From Phaeosaccion multiseriatum (Eukaryota > Protista > Ochrophyta, other classes): a DNA stretch of 64,000 nucleotides. The stretch is taken from NCBI GenBank assembly GCA_965112735.1, contig OZ218962.1:868001-932000 (forward strand), written 5' to 3'. The position numbers and the translations under genes were made by a program. Of this stretch, positions 32,093 to 49,778 are shown piece by piece. Positions within the stretch are counted from its first letter, which is position 1. Each line of letters starts with the position of its first letter. The notes under the pieces are model-generated. The model did not search any database and had not been told where the DNA came from. It worked only from the letters and a program-made list of their open reading frames with translations.

Positions 32093-32888
32093 GACTGCTA
32101 CTCCTACTGCTGCTGCTGCTACTAACTCCTACTACGTCTACTCTTTCTATTGCTGCGACTGCTCCCATTCGTTCAGGACGAGACTGTGCCCTTCTCCACC
32201 ACCGTGGAGTATCACTCCGTTCTCGGCAACGCGGGCGTGTACTCCAGATGCGTATTGTTTCCAGAAGGGGACCATTTTGACCCAGGTAGGGGAAAGTTAC
32301 GTTGTTTTAAGTCACACTATTGACCCTCGAAGTCCCCATTGAAAGTCGAATATCGATACTGAAGGTCGGGGAGGCATGCAAGCTCACGTGCTCCTTGCCT
32401 GCTCTGTGCCGACGCTGGTCTCCCCCCTCTCCTCCTCCCCCTCCTCCTCCTTCTCCTCCTCCTCCTCCTCCTCCTCCTGCTGCTGCTCCTACTCCTGCTC
32501 CTCCTCGTCCTCCTCCTCCTCATCCCCCACCTCCTCCTTCTTTCTTCCCCTTCCTCTTTTTCTCCTCCTCCTCCTCCTCCTCCTTTTTCTTCTTCCTTCC
32601 CCTCCTGCTCCTCCTTCTCCTCCCTTCCCCTCCTCCCCTCTCCTTTGGTGCCCCTTCCCAGTGGGGGATGTAATGATGGACCCCCACAGCGAGCCTGCCA
32701 CCATTCTGCTCAGCTTCTGTCATGACGTGGAGCGACGAGCGGCGACAGCAGCAGGAGTAGAAGGCGGAGGCGGAGGCGGAGGAGGGGAAGCAGCTCCTCA
32801 AGAAAGAAAAGGACGAGGAGAAGGGGTTATACGCCCCAGGGCTGTTGAGCCGACGACTGAGGGAGGGAGAATACACTCCAGGCTGTAG
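29299..32888 (+). CDS. Alpha/beta hydrolase resembling isoprenylcysteine methylesterase (ICME-like), 7 exons; apparent frameshift at a G10 run (31285-31294)
   Basis: Oxyanion motif VFVHGGAWGSG, nucleophile motif GHSSG, and further motifs GLSGVYDIHKHYIYESSRGV, LLLHGLKDETVP and DHFD. Hydrophobic N-terminus. Confidence 0.8.
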
Positions 32889-33279
32889 TCAGAGGCACCG
32901 CTCACTATACAATTTCCTTTTTTTTTTTTCCCCTTCTTTATTCTATTTTTTTTTTTATGAAAAGGTACTCCTATGGTATATATGTATGTATTATATACGC
33001 GTTGTGCATTAGCTGCCATCCCCCACACTTTGCAATCAGCACAGCATGATACCCAAGACCTGGAGAAGTTTCGCTCTCGTCGTGTATGTACAAGTCATAA
33101 GGGTGCTGCAGACCCCCCCCCCTGGATACGTCCCCTCCCGCTCCCACGCCATTCGCCACAATGGCATATGCCTCGGGAGACCTTGAAAGGCCTCCATACG
33201 TCTTGGTGGGCCCCGGTAGGTCTCGAAAGGCCTCGACAGGCCTCGGTAGCTAGGCCCAAGTAGGCGCCTATCGTCAGAT

Positions 33280-34626
33280 TCAGCCAAAGTAGTCTCCCCC
33301 GTTGCTCTTCCCGTTATTGCCGAAGACCATGGAGCTGTCTTTGAGGTTCATCTTCCAGTAGTTGAAGTACAGAAGGTAGTCCTCCAGCACCTGTAAGGAG
33401 GCAGGCAGGTTGGTTACGCACACACACACACATATACATATACATATACATATATATACACACACATATATATACATATACATACACACACAGCGTGTCC
33501 GCAGCAGAAAATGGGGGGGTTGTTCGGAAGCAGCCCACAAAACACACACACATACATATATAATATATATATGCACACACGTACGCACACACACGCACCT
33601 ACCCACACTACTACTCACTCACACACGAACACCGACCCACCTTCTCCCATGTCTTGGCAACGTGCAGATAGGCGTTGGTCTCTGTGTGGACGAGCAAGTC
33701 GTAGTGCATCTTCTCCCACCCCTCCAAGTTCACCTCCCGCACGTCCTTGGTGGAGAACAGAAGTCGCAGGGTGTTGCCTCTACGCTCAATCTGCCAACCC
33801 CAGAGTGTGTTGGAATGGTGTGTGTGGCAAGGACAAAGGGGGAGGGGAGGGGAGGGGAGGCGGGCAGTGGAGGAGGGGGGGGGGTGGGCAGGGCAGAGGA
33901 GGGAGCGGGGAGGTGAAAGGCGGTATGCATCTTCCAATGGCATGATGTGGGAGGGGGCAGAGAGGACGGGGGCAGAGCAGAGTGGAACAGGGGAAGAGGA
34001 GAGAGTGGAAGCAAGGAGACGGTTGCTGAGAGAGAAGTACCGTACCTGATTGTTGATCTCTGTGGTGCTTGTGAGCACGCTCTGCAGGCCCGAGGAGAGG
34101 TAGTCCTGGAAGTCCTGAATCTTGATGCGGTGGGCCTCCGCAAAGGCCTGCTCGTTGGCGGGCAGGCACAAGTCGCACCAGTTGATAAGCAGCTCCAAGT
34201 GCTCACGACACTCTGCAGGGGAGAGAGAGGAGGGGAGGGGAGGGGAGGGGAGGGACGGACGGCGTCACACAGAGGCGAAGCACGGGAACAGCAGCGCTTC
34301 GACAGCAGCGACTAGGCTAGTCAACACGTGCAGTGATGTGAGACCATAGTGCCCCATACTTCATGCCCCTGTGGGCCACCACCAACACCCGTATTCCTTC
34401 GAAAGGCCTCCAGATATCGGTCTCGACTATCCCATGTTCTTTTTCTCTCTCCGGTCACCTCCTCACCGTCGAGCACGGCGAGCATCTCCTGACTGACAGC
34501 AAACACGTCCTTGGTCTGGAAGAACTCGCCCTTGGTGATGGCCTTGCTAAAGTACTCAAACACCTGAGGGGGGGGAGGGAGGGAGGGAGGGAGGGAGGGA
34601 GGGGTAGAGGGGTAGAGGAGAGACAT

Positions 34627-34657
<31 letters not shown>

Positions 34658-35336
34658 ACACATGAGTGAGTGAGTGAGTAAGTGAGTGACTGAGTGAGTG
34701 AGTGAAAGGACGAATCAATGGTAGCACAAAGAGTGAGTGCCCATTAAAAGACTGGACAGAAGAGTGGCGGGGGCGGTCGAGTCTTGCCGCAAGGCAGGGG
34801 AAGTGCGGTGCACACCAAAGAGCGCCTCCACCTCCACCTCCTCCTCCTCCTCCTCCTCCTGTATCACCAACTGCTGCTACTAACAACCGCGGCCTATTGA
34901 AACCTACCTTTGTTCTCCTTGCCCTGGCGTGGTCGTCGTGAGCAAAGATGGTGAAGGTTCGCTCGTAGTCCTCCTTCCTCCTCACACGCAAGTCGTTGAA
35001 CAGCTTCATCGTCTCTGAGATGTTGCTCTCGTACACCTACTCACATGGCAACGACGGATATAAGCGCTATGCGTCACAAATATGCCTCAGACCACCACCA
35101 GGACATTAGCCCCACTGAGTGAGGCTACGAACCACGGGGACGTTGATCGGCATCCTCCCTTCAGGAGCGATACATTTCCGCCCCTCCCGCACCTCACTCC
35201 GCCGTTTTTGAGTTTTTGCCCCGCTCACCTTGATTTCTGGCTCATGCGTCAAGCTGCGCTTCATTCTCTTCGGCGGCTGCGAGGATATTGTGGCATCGCT
35301 CGACTCCATCGCTACTGCTTCCGCGAGTCCCGCCAT
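33280..35336 (-). CDS. About 253-aa protein with a PA28/11S-REG proteasome-activator-like helical domain (divergent), 6 exons
   Basis: Approximate exons 35336-35229, 35036-34908, 34563-34467, 34212-34026, 33792-33643, 33390-33280, with consistent phases. The pattern ECREHLELLINWCDLCLP...IQDFQDYL...INNQIERRG...YLHVAKTWEKVLEDYLLYFNYWKMNLKD matches by eye the PA28 consensus (W..l.iP, IQ, R, Y...Y......KN). The gene is solid; the family call is tentative. Confidence 0.55.
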
Positions 35337-36075
35337 CTGATATGCGGCCCCCTGCTGTTGATTCCCCCCCCGCCTCCCCGATTCCTCCAGTTTGGAGAGG
35401 CCTTCGTTTGCGGCTGGCACTTCCTCTCTTGCTTACGGCAATGAATCTCCAATTCCTTGCGCAGGTGCTATAAGATGGCGCGAGGCGATGTTTGTTTTGT
35501 TGATCTTGGCGCTGAAGGAGAGGAATGGGGAAAGAGGAAAAGTGGAATGTGAGTTTCAGATCCTTTCCCCCTCCTAAAATACGAGTTTCAGATCCTTTCC
35601 CCCTCCGCTTCGTGCTGTAAAGTTTCTTTGGCCCCCTTCTTCCCCTCCTTATGGCCTCTGCTCTGGCTCATATCATTGGATGACTTGTTGATGTAGGGTA
35701 GCGAAGGGTGGGTGCGCGAAAGGCTGTCATCTTCAGCGTGGCCCATTGTTGAGAGGTTCCCATTCTTCAACACGTGGAGTCGTTCAAACAAAATACACAG
35801 GGGAGTAGAGAGAGAGAGATAGAGGGCGAGAAGAGAACGCACGAAGAGGAGGAGTGGAGTACCTAGGAGGAAGGGGGTGGTGAGAGAGGCTTGGCGGTTG
35901 TTTCAAGTTTGTTTTCCCGCATTCCACTTGGAGGACCCTTCCGGGCACGTGCATCAGAAAAGCAACACCGGGCAAGGAAAAAGATAGAGACGGGAGGGAA
36001 AGAGAGGGACGAGGTGGGGGGCGGGGAAGGGACGTGGAGGTCCTCTTGCGAAAGCAAGCCTGCCCAAAAGGCCCA

Positions 36076-43970
<7,895 letters not shown>

Positions 43971-44559
43971 TCACTGCTGCTGTGAGAAGGAGTGGGCATG
44001 TGAGGATAAGAGGATAGGAGGGAATGGGCACAGAAGTAGGGGGGAAAGGAGGGAGGAGAGGGAGGAGGAGGAGGAGGAGGAGGAGGAGGAGAAGGAGACA
44101 GGGAGGGCCTGTGATTGTTGCCATCCACTGCCATCCGTTGCCATGCATTGCACCAGTGTAGACAGACACGACTTGCTTTAGAGGAAAGTTACACCCCCAG
44201 TGTCGAGGCTGATCCGTGTGTGTGGAAGGATTTGAGTAGAGAGGGTTGTTACCCGTCAGCGACGCAGCAGCGGGTCTCTTCCACAGAAGGAAGCGCAGCG
44301 TTCGATGTATGGTGGGAGTGGAAGGATCGAGGAGGGGATGGAAATGGAGGTGTGAGTGTAGCGAGCGAGGAGAGGAGGGATGTGCATGTGTGGTTGCGGT
44401 GTGTCAGCCTCTATTTGGATGGGGGGGGGTGCAGGGGGGTGAGAGGTGAGAGGTGCCTGCCCAGGGTGGACTCGTGTGTGATTGTGTGGTGCGGTGCAGC
44501 GGACGGACGGAACATCAAAACCATCATCAAAGCAGGACCACTCGTGTTATTTGTAATTA

Positions 44560-44633
44560 CGGCTATGGCAGTTACATGGCCTGGGCTATGGCAGTTACAT
44601 GGCCTGGGCTATGGCAGTGACATGGCCTGGCTA
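44560..44633. repeat. 24-bp tandem repeat GGCTATGGCAGTTACATGGCCTG(G) x3, intergenic upstream of IQUB
   Basis: Read directly. Confidence 0.88.
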
Positions 44634-45197
44634 CGACCTATCCGTCTACCTACTGGTGATGGTCGGACTAGTCATTACATCGTTAGTGTAAGTGAAGGCC
44701 ACTCAAAGGGGCGGGAGATTCGAGAGCGAGCGAATCGGCTCTTTGCGGCGGAGGCGAGGCAGGCAGGGAGAAGGGGAGGAAGGAGTCCTCCAAGGAGGGA
44801 GTTCACAGACTCCCTTTCCCACTTTCAACCACATTGTTTATCACCAGTGTGTAATGGGGTAAGGGGGAAGGAGGAAGAAACTGTGCTCTCCTCGACTCGA
44901 AAATCAGTTGATGTGAAACAGAAATTTTGAGTCGACATCGAAGCTTCTGTGCCTACTCCAAAGGAGCAGCGTCTGAAGACTCAGGAGGGAAAACCGTGTG
45001 TGCACGTTGGATATCATGCTAATAGGGCTGGGCCGAAAAAAACAAAAAAACAAGAAAAAAGAAAAACCTCTACCACAGCTGGCGACTAGCTAGTGGATGA
45101 ACAACAAGTCCCATTCGAAACTGAAACGGAAACTAAATGTAACTGTTTTTTTTTGGGGGCAAGAGGATAGACAACAATTTGTGAGAGTGGGGGGGAT

Positions 45198-46734
45198 ATG
45201 CAGCAGCAGGTAGAGGCAGAGCCAGACGTGGGAGAATCCAAGGAGGAGGAGGTGGAGGAGGTGAAGGAGGAGAAGGAGGACATGAAGGAGGAGGAGCAGG
45301 AGGAGAAAGAAGAACAGAAGGAGGAGAAGGAGGAGGAGAAAGAGGAAGAAGCAGCAGTAGCAGAAGAGGCTCAGGGTTCAGACGAAAATCAGCCTCTACA
45401 AGCCAAAGATGAAGGCCAAGAAGAAGAATCCATGCTGAGACCAGCAGAGGTGGAAGCGGGAGAGGAGGGCGTGGGAGAAGAGAAGCACGAGGAGAAGCCA
45501 GAGACGGAGGAAGAGCAGCCATTAGAGACAGGCACGGGCGGGTTTGGAGGTGGCATGGCTATGGATTCTACAGAGACCATGAGTGTAGCCGAATCAAAGG
45601 GGGGGGCTGAAGGAGGCGCCAGCTACGGTGAAGATGGTGAAGGAGGAAGAGGGGGCGGGAGGGAGGATAAGGAGGGGGGTAGTGGGGGCGCAATGACCAA
45701 CTCTGCCGCATTTTCAAATCAGAGCGACGAGCAAGACGTGAGAGGTGGTCAGGCAAAGGGTCCGGTGGTTGTGGCGCCTGAGTGGCCGGCCTATTGCGAC
45801 CCCTCCTACCGCATGCCTGAGGCTCTGGAGGTGAACATGCTCATGGAAGAAACAGGGGAGGAGCGCAGATTCGCAGTGGCCATCGACCAAAGCTCGCAAA
45901 AGACCGACAAACCTTTCCTCGGCGGATACCGACACCGCCAGAATGGTTTGTTGTTCCACCATGCCTCTTGCCAGTTCAATCAGGGAGGGGGGGGTAGAGC
46001 GGAAGAGGCAGAAACAAAGGGGCGGCGCAAGAAGCCGTCAGGAGTGAGCAGAGACACACAGACCACAGACGTCAAGACTCGAACGGCACAGACTACGAGA
46101 GAGAGCGGCACGCAGATGGAGAGGAAGGGCCTCTTTCTGGACGGCAAGGGAGACACTGTCATAGTGGCGGGGGAGTATCAAACGGCAGGGCAGCTGTGGA
46201 CGCTGCGTGTGCGGAGCATCATTGCCCTTCAACGCTACTGGAGGGGTTACAGGTGTGTGTATGTGTGTGCGTGTGTATAGTGTGTATGTATGTGTGTGCA
46301 TGTGTGTGTGTGTGAGGAGCAGGGAGAGAGGTGGTTGGTATAGGGTTTAGGGGTGGGGGGAGAAGCGGGGCAGAGAGACAGGAACACGGAAGGAGAGAGA
46401 GGGGGGGCTGAAAAGAGAGAGAGGAAGAGAGGGAGGGGGGGGGGGGGGAGTCCCTCCCTCTCTTCCTTTCCGTCCATCCGTCTGTCTGTCTATCCGCACC
46501 CTCCTTTCTCTCTCTTCCCTTCGTACTCTTCTTACTTCTTAGTCCACTTCTTTTCGTGCCCTTCTTTCTGCCCCTCCGTCCCAGTGCTCGCAAGCGTGTG
46601 TGGGAGATCCGCGAGAAGCGCTGGCGCAAGGTAGAGGCGGTGCAAAGGGCAAGGCGAGACCAGAGCACCAAGGAAGAGGCGGGCAGACAGCGGGAGATGC
46701 AGAGGAGAATGGACCCCAGAACAGTGCAGGTGAG

Positions 46735-46773
<39 letters not shown>

Positions 46774-48636
46774 AATGTTGGCACTTCCAAGCCCACCATC
46801 CCCTCCCCCCCATCCACTGCTATCCCCTCCCCCCCCATCCACTGCCATCCCTCCGCCCGATCCATTGCCACCCCCCCCCCCCTTTCTCCACCGCTGTCTT
46901 CCGGCGCTGTCCGTTGTCTCCCCCGCTCCCCTCCTCCCCCCTCCTCGTTGCTCACACTGAAATCGTGTCGTCAACTAACCCTTCTCATCCACTACCATCC
47001 CCCCTCCCTCCCTTCTCATCCACTGCCATCCCCCCTCCCTTCCCCATCTCAGGACTTCGAAGTGCTCTTTAACGAATTGCATTCATGGCGGGAGGCCGAG
47101 GCGGCACGAATCAAAGCGGACGTGGTCATGGACCAAAAGGAGAAGATGGCAGCCAAAGCGCAGCTGCTGCTCAAGGAGACGAGGCTGTTGCAGACCATCG
47201 ACGGACTAAAGACACAGGCCAGCAAGGTGGGGTGGAGGGTAGGGTAGCGTGTACGGTGGTTGGTGATATGATGCTCACTGACGTATTACTCACCTTCCTG
47301 ATTTTTGTACCAAGCTGATTGACTTGAGCAGTACAAACTCACTTACTCACTCACTCACTCACTCACTCACTCACTCACTCACTCACTCACTCACTCACTC
47401 ACCCACTCACTCACTCACCCACTTTTGCTTGCTTATCCCCACCCCCTCCCCTCTCCCCAGGCGGGTCGACAGGAGCGCATCCGCCAGATGCTTGCGCTCA
47501 TGAGCTCTCCCAAGAAGTGGGAGATGAGTGACGGAGAGGTAGGTTAGAACAAATATATAAATATATTATTGACTTACATGAGGAATCAACCTAAGAATTA
47601 CGTAATTTTGTGTGTGCGTTGTGTGTGTGTGTGTGTGTGAGACAAGAGGAACTCGAACTGACTAAGCAGAGGTGGTCGGTAGTAAGTCAATGGGTGGGTA
47701 GTAAGTCAATGGGTGGGTATGTAATTAGTCAATGGGCCATCTATGCTACAACGGGTACCTAATCTCGATACCCCGATGCCAGCCAAACTCACGAAGCCCC
47801 ATTCATTGACTTATGACATCCACATACATAAATCACAGGTGGCGGAGATACACACTCCCTTCACCAAACGAGCAAAGGAGCTCCAGGAGCTACACGAGGC
47901 CTTGGACACGCCCCTACTCAGTGTAGATGAGCGGCTGGACGTGTTATTGCATGTCAAATGGACAGTCAAGGAGTTTGACTGCAGGCTCACACAGGTGAGA
48001 GAGGGGAGAGGGTGGGGAAGGTGGTGGAGGGGGAGGGAGGGAGGGAGGGAGGGAGGGAGGGAGGGAGGGAGGGAGGGAGGGAGGGAGGGAGGGAGGGAGG
48101 GATCCTGAACCAATCACCAGGAGATCGAATCGAATACTCTGACTCACAGCCACTGCCATCCCCCCCCCCACCTGGCCTCTCCCTCCCTCCCTCCCTCCTC
48201 CCTCCCTCCCTCCCTCCCTCCCTCCCTCCCTCCCTCCCTCCCTCCCTCCCTCCCTCCCTCCCTCCCTCCCTCCCTCCCTCCCTCCCTCCCTCCCTCCCTC
48301 CCTCCCTCCCTCCCTCCCTCCCTCCCTCCCTCCCTCCCTCCCTCCCTCCCTCCCTCCCTCCCTCCCTCCCTCACACCCTCCCACCCTCACCCCCCACCCC
48401 CCCCTCTCCCCTCCCTGCAGGAGATTGTCGAACTGATCGACCGTGAGGCCGACCTTCTGAACCGCGGCCGTAGCGAGAAGTCTCTCAAGGGACTCCGAGC
48501 CCGCATAATGAGTCTCTTCCTGCGCTTCATAGAGACGCCGGACTTCAACCCCGAGGCGTCTCGCTTCATGCGAGTTCCGCCACGCTACCAAGGTGTGGCT
48601 GGAGAGGCCACCAAGAGACTCATGACCATGGTGTAA
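45198..48636 (+). CDS. IQUB: IQ and ubiquitin-like domain-containing protein (IQUB/FAP253; axonemal radial spoke), 6 exons
   Basis: Motifs KPFLGGYRH...HHA, SRDTQT, TQM, IQ motif [67 protein letters not shown] and FIETPDFNPEA. Confidence 0.9.
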
Positions 48637-48935
48637 AGGTGTTTAAGGTGGGCCAGTTGGTGATACAGCAGGTGTTGTAGGTAGTAGGTAGTAGGCGAGT
48701 TGGTGATAACATGCAGTGGTGGAGGGGCCACCAAGAGATTCATGACCATGGTGGGGTGGTGAAGGAGCGTTTGGTGATTCAGTAGGTGTGTAGGTGGCCG
48801 AGTTGGTGATACATCAAGTGCTACAGCAGGCGTGTACGTCGGTAGGCCAGTTGTTGATGCAGCACTGGTGGAGATACAACAAAGTCATGACCATGGCGTA
48901 GGAGTGCAGGCAGGCCAGTTGGTCATACAGCAGTT
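48593..48935 (+). repeat. Three degenerate 125-150 bp tandem units beginning in the last IQUB codons
   Basis: CATGACCATGG recurs at about 48621, 48741 and 48886, each time followed by TTGGTGATA-like motifs. Confidence 0.8.
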
Positions 48936-49187
48936 GTGGGGGTAGGCCAAATGGTGATTTATCATGCGGCTGCTCAGCAAATTGCTGTCTGTTGTCGAAC
49001 TGCTCCAGCAGGGGCTCTAAAAGACATTAAGTACTCTTACTTAATGGGAGGGCTGTTGGAGCTTAAAAGGTCAATACATGAAAGCCCTTTGAATTGCTTT
49101 TATTCTTTTATTCTTTTTTTTTTCTTTCTTACTTTCTTACTAATAATTAGTACTTTACTTCATATTACTTACATTACTCTTCCAAAG

Positions 49188-49744
49188 CTAGAGCACGACG
49201 CGCTCCAACGCCTCGAGGTAAGCGCAAGGAAACTCCACAGGTAAAAGAGTCGCCTCCTCCTCCCCCTCCCCCCGCCCCATGTGGACCGGTTGGTAGTACG
49301 CAGCTGGCACCAGGTACGGGTTGGCGGCCGCCCCCCCCGCCTGTTTGCAAATGTGCTGTGCCGACTCCGCTGCCCACATCCAAATGTGCCCCTCCTCCTC
49401 TGTGCAGCCTTGCCCGGAGAGGGCCACACCCTGCAGCAGCCCCACCACGTCTCGGGTGAAGCTTCGCGGACAGCGCATCGTATCACCAACTGCTGCTGCT
49501 GCTGCTGCTGGTGCTGCTGCTGATGTAGCACCAACAGTTGGTGATACAGCAGCAGTTCGAGGGTCCTTATCGTACGAGGGCCCCGGTCCGTCCCTTACCA
49601 CGTGCAGTATAAAGCACACAGCGTACGCACACACCACTCTCCACCGCCCGCTCTCCACCTCCGCCAACGCTGCCGCCATCCTCCTTCCTCTTCCCCCTTC
49701 TGATCCTTCTCCTCCTCTTCCTCCTCCACCTCCTCTTCCTCCTC

Positions 49745-49778
<34 letters not shown>

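Noticed and set aside
26445-32888. HMT plus ICME-like (plus NMT) as a methylation or lipidation gene cluster
   Set aside because: The head-to-head arrangement is real, but the pathways are only loosely related and divergent pairs are common throughout this compact window.
44115-44930. 271-aa ORF between ATG11 and IQUB
   Set aside because: It has a non-ATG start, spans UTR-like sequence and a 24-bp tandem repeat, and has no recognisable domain.
48593-48960. CRISPR-like repeat-spacer array
   Set aside because: The units are degenerate, the spacers are related to each other, the context is eukaryotic, and there are no cas genes.
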